NCBI GenBank assembly: GCA_965199955.1
Contig: CBDATQ010000001.1
Location: 1,024,001-1,088,000, forward strand
Length of the DNA stretch: 64,000 nt
Origin: Spirochaetia bacterium
GTDB lineage: Bacteria; Spirochaetota; Spirochaetia; SZUA-6; Bin103
Direction: 5' to 3'
Program-made: the position numbers and the translations under genes
Shown: positions 27,118 through 37,200 of the stretch, piece by piece
Numbering within the stretch: the first letter of the stretch is position 1
How the letters are laid out: each line of letters begins with the position of its first letter
Notes under the pieces: model-generated
What the model saw: only the letters and a program-made list of their open reading frames with translations
Database searches by the model: none
What the model was told of the DNA's origin: nothing

Positions 27118-29216
27118 GCCGGCGGGTCCGGGGAGCGCCTCAGCAGGCGCAGGAACGCCTGTTCGTCGACGATCTCGACGCCTGCCTCCTCGGCCTTGGT
27201 CACCTTGCTGCCGCCGCCGCTGCCGGCGAGCAGGTGGGTGGTAGCGCCGGATACCGCGCCGGTCACGGTGCCGCCGCGCGCGCGGATCTCGTCCGCGGCC
27301 CGCGCCCGCGGCTTGAACGCATCGAACGAGCCGGTGATGCACCACGTCTGGCCGGCGAAGGGCTGCTTGCCGTCGCCATCCGCGCCGGCCTGATCGGACG
27401 GATCCGCTGCGAACCGCAGGCCGCGGGCGCGCAGCGCCGCGATCAGGCCGCGCGGCGTGGTCCGCCAAGTCGCCATGCGCGAGCCGGTCAGCGGGTCCGG
27501 CCGGCCGAGCTGCCGCATGATGCTCTCCGCCGTGCGCTTGCCGATGCCGTCGATGCCGGTGAACACCTCCGGGTCGCCGGCGTCGACCGCCGCGTACAGG
27601 CTGTCGATGTCCCGGAACCCCGCCTGCAGGAGCAGATCGCTCACCTTCGGCCCGAGCTCCGGCAAGCCCAGCGCCGGCAGCACGATCGCGAACGGCTTGG
27701 CCTTGCTGGCCTCGATGCCGGCTGCGAGCGCGGCCACCGACTTCTCGCCGAACCCCTCCTCGCCCAGCAGCCGCTGCGGGTCGAAGCGGTACAGTTCGGC
27801 GATGTCGCGCACCCACCCCCGGTCGGCCAGCAGGTCGATGGTTGCCGGTCCGAGCCCGGCGATGTCCATCTGGTCGCGGGCGACGAAGAACCGCAGGCGG
27901 CCGCGCACCTGGTCCGGGCACGCGGCGTTGGGGCAGAACGAGTGCGCTCCCTGCACGGTGAGGGCACTCCCGCACGACGGGCACTCGGCCGGCATGCGCC
28001 AGACCGGCTCGCCCGCCGGGTCCTTCTCCAGGACCCGCTCCACCGCCGGGATGACGTCGCCCCGTTTCGACACGGCCACGGTGTCTCCGACCGCCAGCTC
28101 CAGGCTGTCGACGTAGTCCTGGTTGTGCAGCGTGACGTTGGCGATCGTGGAGCCTGCGATCGGCACCGGATCGATGCGCGCGACTGGTGTCACCCGGCCG
28201 GTGCGGCCTACCTGGATCTCGATCGACCGCACGACGCTGATCCCCTCGGGCGCGTCGAACTTGACCGCGATCGCCCAGCGCGGATGGTGCTCGGTGGCGC
28301 CCATCGCCTCGCGCGTCGCCAGCCGGTCGACCTTCATCACCAGGCCGTCGATGTCGTAGGGAAGATCGGGACGGGCCGCGGCTCGCTCGTCCACGTACTT
28401 CGGCGCCGAAGCCGTGTCGATCACGTCGAACTCAGCCTGCCCGGCCGGAAAGCCGTCGGCGTCGTCCCGGATCACCACGGTGGCGGGGTTGATGCCGAAG
28501 CCAAGGCGGCGCAGGTGAGCCAGCAGCTCCGTATGCGTGGGCGGCGGATCGGCCATGAACCCTTCGTACACGAAGATCTCCAGCGGCACGGTGGCCACGT
28601 CGACGCTCTTCACGCGCCGCAGGCTGCCCGCCGCGAAGTTGCGGGCGTTGGCGTACGGGGTCTCGACACCGTCGTTGAGCGCCTCGAAGGCCGCGCGCCG
28701 GATGAAGATCTCGCCCCGAACCACCAGCGTCTCCGCTGCCTGGAGCCGGAGCGGCACCGTGCGGATGGTGCGCACGTTCGCGGTCACGTCGTTGCCCGAG
28801 CGGCCGTTGCCGCGGGTGACGGCGCGTTCCAGCACGCCGTCGCGGTAGTGCAGCAGGATGGAGCTGCCGTCGATCTTCTCCTCGACCACGAAGGCGGTCC
28901 CGGGGTCGGCGGCCTTGGCCTTGTCCATCCAGCGCTCGACGCCGGCCATGTCGTACGCCTTGTCCAGGCTCAGCACCGGCACCGTGTGCTCCACCTCGGG
29001 GAGATCCTGGGTCAGGTCCGAGCCGACCCGGCGGGTAGGCGAGTCCGCTCCGGCCAACTCCGGGTGCCGCCGCTCCAGCTCCAGCAGGCTGTCGAACAGG
29101 CCGTCGAACTCGGCGTCGGAAATCTCCGGACGGGCCAGCACGTGGTAGGCGTGCTCATGCCGGCGGATCTCCGCCGACAGCCGCTCGATCTCCACGGCAG
29201 CCTGGCGCTCGGTCAC
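27114..29216 (-). CDS. ligA: NAD-dependent DNA ligase
   Basis: EKIDG, TRGNG..G.DVT, RGE, NARNFAAGSL, DGLV.K, PRWAIA.KF, Cys4 zinc finger, BRCT domain. Confidence 0.95.
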   Translation of the reverse strand: MTERQAAVEIERLSAEIRRHEHAYHVLARPEISDAEFDGLFDSLLELERRHPELAGADSPTRRVGSDLTQDLPEVEHTVPVLSLDKAYDMAGVERWMDKAKAADPGTAFVVEEKIDGSSILLHYRDGVLERAVTRGNGRSGNDVTANVRTIRTVPLRLQAAETLVVRGEIFIRRAAFEALNDGVETPYANARNFAAGSLRRVKSVDVATVPLEIFVYEGFMADPPPTHTELLAHLRRLGFGINPATVVIRDDADGFPAGQAEFDVIDTASAPKYVDERAAARPDLPYDIDGLVMKVDRLATREAMGATEHHPRWAIAVKFDAPEGISVVRSIEIQVGRTGRVTPVARIDPVPIAGSTIANVTLHNQDYVDSLELAVGDTVAVSKRGDVIPAVERVLEKDPAGEPVWRMPAECPSCGSALTVQGAHSFCPNAACPDQVRGRLRFFVARDQMDIAGLGPATIDLLADRGWVRDIAELYRFDPQRLLGEEGFGEKSVAALAAGIEASKAKPFAIVLPALGLPELGPKVSDLLLQAGFRDIDSLYAAVDAGDPEVFTGIDGIGKRTAESIMRQLGRPDPLTGSRMATWRTTPRGLIAALRARGLRFAADPSDQAGADGDGKQPFAGQTWCITGSFDAFKPRARAADEIRARGGTVTGAVSGATTHLLAGSGGGSKVTKAEEAGVEIVDEQAFLRLLRRSPDPPA

Positions 29217-29275
29217 GCGACAGTTATATACGGGGCGGCCTGGGATGCGGCAACCTTCGATCGGCGGTGCCGTGG

Positions 29276-29616
29276 ATGGTGGATGAGCACGTCGAGCGGC
29301 TGATCGCGGAGCTGCGGCCGAAGTGCGCCGCCCTGGAGAAGTCGCCGTGGCTGGCGAAGAGATCCCCCATATCCTCCACCACGTGGACACCGCGTCCTGG
29401 ATCACCTTCATGCCCGACGATCCGAGCGTCCGGGTCGCGGGCCGATCCCGCGCCTTCAGTGAGCTCAGAGCAGCTCAGGAGGAGTGGATCGAGCGCGGGC
29501 GGCCGTCTCTGAAGTCGTTCGGGGTGGACGTGGTTTCCGCGGACGAGGCGCCGGCCGGCGGATGGCTGGATTCTCGGCGCAGTCTCACACTTAGGTACCG
29601 GCTGGATGGTCGGTAA
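29276..29616 (+). pseudogene. Collapsed remnant resembling the N- and C-termini of a RiPP-associated protein L-isoaspartyl O-methyltransferase (PIMT/PAMT)-like gene
   Basis: Frame A: MVDEHVERLIAELR..ALEKSPWLA. Frame B: HVDTASW..VRVAGRSRAFSELRAAQEEWIERGRP..SFGVDV..WLD. SAM-binding core absent. Recognised by eye only. Confidence 0.45.
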
Positions 29617-29649
29617 CGGGCCGACCGGCATCAAGTTGTCGACGGAGGC

Positions 29650-31347
29650 ATGTTGAGCAAGCTCGCGGCACATGTCCATTCCGTGCGGCGGGCACTCTCG
29701 CTGCTGTGGAACTTGGCGCGGCAAACGAACCTCTCCCGGACGAGCATGGTCTTGCTCGGCGTCGTCGCGCTGGCGGGCGTGCTGCTCGAGATAGGACGGG
29801 TACACGGGCTGCGGTTGATCGCGGAGGCGCTGACCTCGCCAGCAACGAATCTCCTGGTCGCCGGACTCATCTATGCGGTCATGAGAGTCGCCGTCATCGC
29901 TCGGGGCTACGTTCAGCCGGTCATGGAGGAGACCCTCCGGATCGTTCTGCGCGGGAAACTGCGGACCCTGGTGATGGGGCGAAGCCTCTCAATGCCCTTG
30001 CGCTCGGTCCTGGACCGGTCGGCCGGCGACTTGGTGCAGACCTTGGAGTCGGACTGTGATGCGTGCTCGAAGGTGGCCGGGCAGCTCGCACCGGCGCTCA
30101 TCAGAGACCCGTTCGCACTGCTCGGGATGGTGTTGTACCTCGCGATCACCGTGGACATCCTGACCACGGCGGCGATCGTCGGCATCGCGTGCCTCTGTGT
30201 CGCGGCCGGGCTCGCGGGACGGTGGGGGATCGGCCGTCTCTCCATTCGCAATCGCGCATTTGCCGGTCGGCTCAGCACCCTCGCCCGCGAACTGGTAGAC
30301 GGCGCCGCCGCCGTACGGGCGTTCGGGCTCGAGTCGGCAACGACGGAAACCTATCGCCGCCGGTCCCGCTCACTCGCGGCGTCGTCAGCGGCGCTCGAAC
30401 GTGGTAAGTCATGGCTCAACCTGGTGCAGTCGCACGCGGCGCAGAGCCTGACAGAGGTTGGGGTCCTGGTCCTCGCCGGATACGGCGCTCTCAGGGTTGG
30501 GGCTGATGCCGGGGGCACGGTGGCTGCGTTGGCGCTGTGCCGTCTGCTGTGGGGGCCGCTGCAAGGATCCTCGAGCGCGGTCGTGAACGTGGCAGCAGCG
30601 CTCGGTCCTCTGGAGAGGCTGGATTCAATCGCTCGCGGCGCCGACGATAAGGCGATCGTCACGGAACGACCCGACTCCCGTCCGGGGATCGCCCTCGTAC
30701 ACCCGAACCGTGGTTTCGCATTGCACGGGGTGACGCTTCCCTTCGGCGGCGGCTCCGCTTGCGTGCAGGTCGATGCCGAGATCCCGTGCCGTGGACTGAC
30801 CCTGATCACGGGACCCAATGGGGCGGGCAAGACAATCCTGCTGTACGTGATCTTTCGCTTCTTGCCGATCCGTAGCGGGGAGATGACGTTGGATGGGCTC
30901 GCGGTCGATCAATGGCCGATCGAGCCTTATCGATCACAGCTCACGGGTGCGTTCGGGCGGCCCCTGCTGGTGGAAGGAACCGTTGCAGACAACGTGCGTT
31001 TCGGCAATCGCGACGCCTCGTCGCTTGGGCTGGAGACCGCCTGTCGTGCGACGGGACTGATCGAAGGCGAGCGCTGGCTGAGCGAGGGGCTCGGCACGCC
31101 GATCCACGCATTCGGCCGGGGTCTCTCCACCGGCCAGCGACAGAGGATCGATCTGGCGCGCGTGCTCGCGCAGGACCGACGGTTCATCTTTATCGATGAG
31201 CCCTTCGAGGGCCTGTATCCCGGCGCGATCGCCCGTCTTTCGGACGATCTGCAGGCGCGCTCGCGCGAACGAAGCATCGTCGTCGTCACGCATCGGGATG
31301 AGCTGCTCGAACGCGCAGACCGCGTGATCCAGGTGGTGCCGACGTGA
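29650..31347 (+). CDS. ABC exporter, fused TMD-NBD (subunit 1)
   Basis: N-terminal TM domain with SAGDL motif; GPNGAGKT, LSTGQRQR, FIDEP, VVTH. Confidence 0.82.
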   Translation: MLSKLAAHVHSVRRALSLLWNLARQTNLSRTSMVLLGVVALAGVLLEIGRVHGLRLIAEALTSPATNLLVAGLIYAVMRVAVIARGYVQPVMEETLRIVLRGKLRTLVMGRSLSMPLRSVLDRSAGDLVQTLESDCDACSKVAGQLAPALIRDPFALLGMVLYLAITVDILTTAAIVGIACLCVAAGLAGRWGIGRLSIRNRAFAGRLSTLARELVDGAAAVRAFGLESATTETYRRRSRSLAASSAALERGKSWLNLVQSHAAQSLTEVGVLVLAGYGALRVGADAGGTVAALALCRLLWGPLQGSSSAVVNVAAALGPLERLDSIARGADDKAIVTERPDSRPGIALVHPNRGFALHGVTLPFGGGSACVQVDAEIPCRGLTLITGPNGAGKTILLYVIFRFLPIRSGEMTLDGLAVDQWPIEPYRSQLTGAFGRPLLVEGTVADNVRFGNRDASSLGLETACRATGLIEGERWLSEGLGTPIHAFGRGLSTGQRQRIDLARVLAQDRRFIFIDEPFEGLYPGAIARLSDDLQARSRERSIVVVTHRDELLERADRVIQVVPT

Positions 31348-33020
31348 GCGAGCGCGGATTGCACCGAGCGCTGCTGCGAGAGGCGTGTAACGTCGTGCCG
31401 GTCATCGGCCTCTACGCTGCGCTCCACGTCCTGGTCAAGATCCTGCCGCTCGGCGCCGCGACCGGCCTGCAGGAGGCGCTGGATGCGATCGGCAGCCGGG
31501 ACGAGGCTCTGTTCTGGCGTGGAGTGGTGCTGGTTGCCGCCTGCGGCGTGGGCCTGGCCGTGCTGCGGGCCGTTTCCCGGTGGACGGCGTCCGTCGCGGA
31601 AGAGTCCCTGGGCCACGAGGCTCGCTGCGTTGTTGCGACCGCCCTGACGTGCGCGGATCTGGACCGGTTCGAGGAACAGGGGCGTGACGCCGCCAGCACT
31701 CTGAACGTCGACACTCGGGTGGTCGCGCAGGTGCTCGTGCGATTCCCGCTGGCTGCCGCATCGCTCGTCGTGCAGGCTGCGGGATCGTTCTGGATCCTGT
31801 CGATGACCCGTCATGTGATCGCATTCGTCGCCCTCGGCACCATTCCGATTGTGGCCGCCGTACAGGTGCTTCTGTCGCGGCGGACGCGAACCGTGCACTC
31901 CGCCGCGCGGCAGATCGAGGCGCAGGCGTCGGCTGACATCGAGGAGACGTGGACCGCCGCGCCGAGCGTTCGGGCTCAGGGACTGCTCGGCGATGCGCGA
32001 CAGGTCTTCGACGCACGCGAGACGTCGATAGGCGCGCTGCTCAGGCGCCAAGCCCAAGCGTTGTGGCGGACGAGGGTGTCGATGTCCGCGATCACGCTGG
32101 TGCCGGAGATGGCCATCATCGGGTCGGCCGTATTGGCCCCGCCGGATACATACAGCCCCGGCGGCCTCATCGCCGCGTTGGTCGTCGTGGAGGCGTTGCG
32201 GGCGACGTTCTACGAGGTGTCCACGCAGGCTGCCGGTCTCGGTCGATGCGCAGCGGCGTGGCGGCGGCTGGCGTCCGCGTATTCGATCGGCTCCCACCGA
32301 TGGGGGCCGCCCGATGCGGGTACGCAACGCGAGGGCGTGCGCTCCAGCCTCCGCCTGTCGAACGTGCGGTACCGGTATCCCATGCACGAGTGCGTGGATG
32401 CGCCCTTCACGCTGCAGGTAGGCGAGCTCTCGGTCGGCGTCGGAGAGATCGTCGCGCTGGCGGGCGACAACGGCAGCGGTAAGTCGACGCTGCTGCGGCT
32501 GCTCGGAGGACTGTACCGGCCGGGCGAGGGGACGATCGAGGTGGATGGGACTCCCTGTCCGGCCGCGGAGCTCCGGAGGCTCAGCGCCTACGTACCGTCA
32601 GCGCCGCAACTGTTTTGCGGATCGATTCTGGCCAACGTGGTGGCCGGTACCGGCGAGCGCCGGTCTCATCAGGAGGCAGCCCGCGCGATGCAGGTGAGCG
32701 GCCTACAGGAGATGCTGGAACGCAACGGACACACGCCGCTTGATTCGGTAGGCGAGCGGGCGGTGAGGGTTTCGAGGGGCGAGGCGAGAACCATCGCGTT
32801 CGCGAGAGCGATCGCCCGCCGGCCGCCGAGCGTACTCCTGATCGATGAGGCCGGCAGCGCTCTCGACCGGGAGGCGGAACGGGCGATGTGTGCCTATCTG
32901 GAACGGCACAGGTCCGCGCACGCCTGCGTGATTGCATCCCACCACGACCGCGTCCTGGGAATGGCGGACCGGGTGATCACCATGAAGGACGGAAAGATCG
33001 TGGACGACCGTGATCGATGA
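31344..33020 (+). CDS. ABC exporter, fused TMD-NBD (subunit 2; degenerate signature)
   Basis: GDNGSGKST, VSRGE in place of LSGGQ, LLIDEA, ASH; 4-bp overlap with subunit 1. Confidence 0.82.
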   Translation: MSERGLHRALLREACNVVPVIGLYAALHVLVKILPLGAATGLQEALDAIGSRDEALFWRGVVLVAACGVGLAVLRAVSRWTASVAEESLGHEARCVVATALTCADLDRFEEQGRDAASTLNVDTRVVAQVLVRFPLAAASLVVQAAGSFWILSMTRHVIAFVALGTIPIVAAVQVLLSRRTRTVHSAARQIEAQASADIEETWTAAPSVRAQGLLGDARQVFDARETSIGALLRRQAQALWRTRVSMSAITLVPEMAIIGSAVLAPPDTYSPGGLIAALVVVEALRATFYEVSTQAAGLGRCAAAWRRLASAYSIGSHRWGPPDAGTQREGVRSSLRLSNVRYRYPMHECVDAPFTLQVGELSVGVGEIVALAGDNGSGKSTLLRLLGGLYRPGEGTIEVDGTPCPAAELRRLSAYVPSAPQLFCGSILANVVAGTGERRSHQEAARAMQVSGLQEMLERNGHTPLDSVGERAVRVSRGEARTIAFARAIARRPPSVLLIDEAGSALDREAERAMCAYLERHRSAHACVIASHHDRVLGMADRVITMKDGKIVDDRDR

Positions 33021-33084
33021 TCGTGTACCGTAGACGGAATGTCGCGTCGGGACTTCTCTTTGGCCGCGGTGAAATGCGCTGGAC

Positions 33085-33480
33085 GTGATTCCCCCTTCGC
33101 ACGAGCCGGCCGGGTACCACTGCCCGTTCTGCGCGATAGCGGCCGGCGCGGAATCGGAGTTCACGGCGTGGCGCGACGAGCACGTGCTGGTGCAGATCTC
33201 CCTGCACTGGAACCCGGTCAACCCCGGCAAGGCGCTGGTGATCCCGCTGGCGCACCACGAGAACGTCTACACGCTGCCCGACGAGCTGGCCGGCCGTATC
33301 GCCCACGTGGTGCGCCGCGTGGCACTCGCCATCCGCACGGGCTATCCGTCAGACGGGGTGACGGTGCGGCAGAACAACGAGCCGGCCGGCGACCAGGACG
33401 ACACGTACTCGCTGGCGGGCCACCGACCGGAGGTCCGGCGACGGTCGAAGCGGTTCTTCGCTCGGATCGCTATGCGCTGA
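33085..33480 (+). pseudogene. HIT family protein lacking the histidine-triad motif
   Basis: CPFC, NPGKALVIP..H.EN.Y, NNEPAGDQD followed directly by DTY with no HxHxH. Confidence 0.65.
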
Positions 33481-33492
33481 GCGAGCGTGGCG

Positions 33493-34212
33493 TCAGATAG
33501 CGGCGCAGGGGTCCTGTCGGTAGAAGGCGGCGAGCTGGGCGTAGACCGCGGGGTGCTCGTCGGCCAGCGTTGCCGGCAGCTCGAAGAAGTACTCGCTGGC
33601 CACCGCGAAGAACTCCTCCGGGGCCTCGGCGGCGTAGGGGTCGAGCGCGAAGTCGTCGGGAGCCTCGCACAGCGCCGTGAACGCGTCGGTGAACGCGCCG
33701 GCCCACGCGCAGGGTTCCATGCCCGCGTGCAGCGGCGGCCGGCCGTTCAGACTGCCGTCGAGCGCGTCGAGCTTGTGGGCGACCTCGTGGATGACCACGT
33801 TGAATCCCTCGCCGGTGCCGGACGCGTCGATGTCGGCCACCGACAGGACGATCGGTCCCCCCTCATCCCAGAACTCGCCGGCTGCGTCCTCCGTCCACTC
33901 GTGGACGACGCCGGCCTCGTCCACCTCCTCGAAGTCCGCGGTGAAACGGTCAGGCACGATCACCACGGTCGACCAGTCGGCATACCAGTCCAGGTCGAGC
34001 GCCAGCACCGGCAGGCATGCCTGCGCCGCGACCCGCGCCAGCAGCTCCGCGTCGAGCTCGGCGCCGCGGGCCGCCTCGAACCGCTTGCCGGCCAGGAATC
34101 GGTCCCCCAACTCCCGCAACAGGTCCCGCTCCGCGGGCGTGAGGCGCCGCAGGATCGCCAGTTCGCGGGTCGCCGCGCGCCACGCGTGGTCGTCTACGGC
34201 CCTCCCCCACAT
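33493..34212 (-). CDS. Zinc-dependent peptidase, M90 (MtfA-like) family
   Basis: FLAGKRFE, AAQACLP, NVVIHEVAHKLD (HExxH), DPYAA..PEEFFAV.SEYFFE. Confidence 0.9.
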   Translation of the reverse strand: MWGRAVDDHAWRAATRELAILRRLTPAERDLLRELGDRFLAGKRFEAARGAELDAELLARVAAQACLPVLALDLDWYADWSTVVIVPDRFTADFEEVDEAGVVHEWTEDAAGEFWDEGGPIVLSVADIDASGTGEGFNVVIHEVAHKLDALDGSLNGRPPLHAGMEPCAWAGAFTDAFTALCEAPDDFALDPYAAEAPEEFFAVASEYFFELPATLADEHPAVYAQLAAFYRQDPCAAI

Positions 34213-34251
34213 TACGTGGAAAACTCCCGCCGAACGGGGTACCGTTGGGCC

Positions 34252-37200
34252 GTGCCGCAGGCTTCGGATTTCGTCCATTTGCACGTCCACTCCGACCACT
34301 CGCTGCTCGACGGCGCGGCCACCGTGGAAGGGCTGGCCGAGTGCGCGCAACGCCACGAGATGTCGCACCTGGCGCTCACCGACCACGGCAACATGTTCGG
34401 CGTCGCGCGCTTCGATCGCGCCTGCCGCTCGGCGGGGGTCAACCCGATCATCGGTTGCGAGTTCTACCTGGCGCCCGGTTCGCGCCACGACCGCGGCGGC
34501 GACCACTCATGGTCGCACCACATGGGGCTCGTCGCCGCGGACGAGGTCGGGTACCGCAATCTCATGGCGCTTTCCACGATCGGCTACACGGAGGGCTTCT
34601 ACTATAGGCCGCGTATCGACGACGAGGCGATTGCCCGGCACGCGGAGGGCCTGATCGGCTTCTCCGGCTGCGTGTCCGGCAAGATCCCGATGCTGCTGCA
34701 ACAGGACCGCATGCAGGAAGCGGAGGAGCTGGCCGGCAGCTACCGCGACATCTTCGGTCCGGACCGTTTTTACCTGGAACTGCAGGACCACGGCGCCCCC
34801 GCGGCGCAGAAGGTGCAGAACGAGCGGCTGCTTGTCCTGGCCCGGCGCACGGGGCTGCCGCTGGTCGCGACCAACGACATCCACTACTGCGGCCGCGACG
34901 ACGCCGATGCGCAGGACGTGCTGATCTGCATCGGCACCAACAAGCGGCGCTCGGATGCCGACCGACTCAAGCAGGAGCACAGCGAGCTGTACTTCAAGGG
35001 CACGGAGGAGATGGCCGGCCTGTTCGCCGACCTGCCGCAGGCCCTGGCGAGCACGCGCGCGATCGCCGAGCAGTGCACGCTGCAGATCCCGATGCCGGGC
35101 CCGCAGATGCCCGCCTACGAGGTGCCGGAAGGCCACACCCAGGAGTCGTACCTGGTCGCGCTCGCCCGGGAGGGCCTGCGGGAGCGCTACGGCAGCCCCA
35201 CGGAGGAGGCGCAGGAACGGCTGCAGTACGAGCTCGACGTCATCGGCTCGATGGGCTACGCTGGCTACTTTCTGATCGTCTGGGACTTCATCCGCTTCGC
35301 CCGCGAGCATGGCATCCCGGTCGGCCCGGGACGCGGGTCGGGGGCGGCGTCGCTGGTGGGCTACTGCCTGCACATCACCGACATCGACCCGCTGCGGTAC
35401 AATCTGCTGTTCGAGCGCTTCCTGAACGCCGAACGTGTCACCCTGCCCGACTTCGACAACGACTTCTGCTACGAGCGGCGCGGCGAGGTGATCGACTACA
35501 TCACCGGGAAGTACGGCGCCGACCGCGTGGCCCAGGTGATCACCTTCGGCAGCCTCAAGGCGCGGGCCGTGGTGCGTGACGTGGCGCGCGTGCTGGAGAT
35601 CCCCTTCGGCGAGGCGGACGAGATCGCCAAGCTCATTCCCGGCGGTCCGAACTCCGACCTGAGCACGGCTCTCAAGCAGGAGGCGCGCCTGCGCGAGGTG
35701 AGGGAACAGAGCGACACGCACCGCACGCTGATCGACACTTCGCTGAAGTTGGAGGGACTCAGCCGGCACGCCTCCACCCACGCTGCGGCGATCGTCATTG
35801 GCACCTCCGCGCTGACCGATTTCGTGCCGCTCTACCGCGACACGCGCACCGAGGCGATCTCCACCCAGTACTCGCACGAGTACCTGGAGGACTGCGGCCT
35901 GGTGAAGATCGACATCCTGGGCCTGAAGACCCTCACCCTGATCGAGCGCACGCTGCCGATGGTGCGCGCGCGCGGTGTCGAGCTCGACATGCAGACCGTC
36001 CCGGAGGATGACGAGAAGACCTTCCGCATGCTGGGCGAGGGTCGGAGCGCCTGCGTGTTCCAGTTCGAGAGCGCGGGCATGCGCGCCGTCCTGACGCGCG
36101 TAAAGCCCACCTGCGTGGAGGACTTGATCGCGCTCAACGCGCTGTACCGGCCCGGGCCCATGCAGTTCATCGATCAGTTCGTCGACGCCAAGTCGGGCCG
36201 GCGCCCGATCCGCCACAAGGTCGCGGAGCTGGAGCCGATCCTGCGGGAGACCTACGGGGTGATCGTCTACCAGGAGCAGGTGATGGAGATCGCCCGCGCC
36301 GTGGCTGGCTTCAGCCTGGGGCAGGCCGACCTGCTGCGGCGGGCGATGGGCAAGAAGAAGATGGAGGAGATGGAGAAGCAGCGCTCGCGCTTCGTCGACG
36401 GCGCGGTCGCAGGCGGCTTCGACCGCCAGGTCGCCGCCGAGCTGTTCGAGTCGCTGGTCCCGTTCGCGGAGTACGGCTTCCCCAAGACCCACGCCGCCCC
36501 GTATGCCGTGGTCGCCTACCGCACGGCGTACCTGAAGGCCAACTATCCGGCGGAGTTCATGGCGGCGAACCTCACCAACGAAATGCACGACACCGACAAG
36601 CTGGCCGAGTATGTGAACGAGGCGCGCGACCTGGGGCTGGAGGTCCTGCCGCCCTCGATCAACCGGTCGGCGGCCGACTTCAGCGTCGCCGAGGAACGAA
36701 TCCTCTTCGGCCTGCGCGGCATCAAGAACGTGGGCACCGGTGCGGTCGACTCGATCGTCGCCGAACGGGAGCACGGCGGCCCGTACCAGGATTTCATCGA
36801 CTTCGTCTCCCGCATCGACGCGCGCGCGGTCAACCGCAAGGTGATCGAGACGCTGGTTCGGGTGGGCGCATTCGACGGACTGGGTCACAATCGCGCCACG
36901 CTGTGTGAGAACCTGGAACGGTTGCTGGAGTCGGCCGACGCGGAGCGCCAGCGCACCGCCCACGGCCAGCAGGACCTGTTCGCCGCTGACGAGGGGGTGC
37001 GGGCAGCGCGGCCGGAGCTTGCACGGCACGATGAGTGGGACCAGGCGGCGATGCTTCAGGACGAGCGCGACAACCTCGGCATGTACTTCACCGGTCATCC
37101 GCTGGACGACTACGCAGATCTGCGCCCGCAGAAGGGGGTCGCCGAGCTGGCGACGCTGGACTCCCGCTCCGACGGGTCGCCGGTGGCGGCCATCGGCATC

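Noticed and set aside
33039..33500. 153-aa ORF overlapping the HIT gene, with a TACCGT box 7 nt upstream
   Set aside because: The translation is Arg/Gly/Ala-rich shadow sequence and the HIT frame carries the conserved motifs. A 5' remnant of another gene cannot be excluded.
33487..34251. 255-aa N-terminal extension or intein in DnaE
   Set aside because: The extension is antisense to the M90 peptidase. DnaE homology starts at GTG 34252, and no intein motifs are visible.
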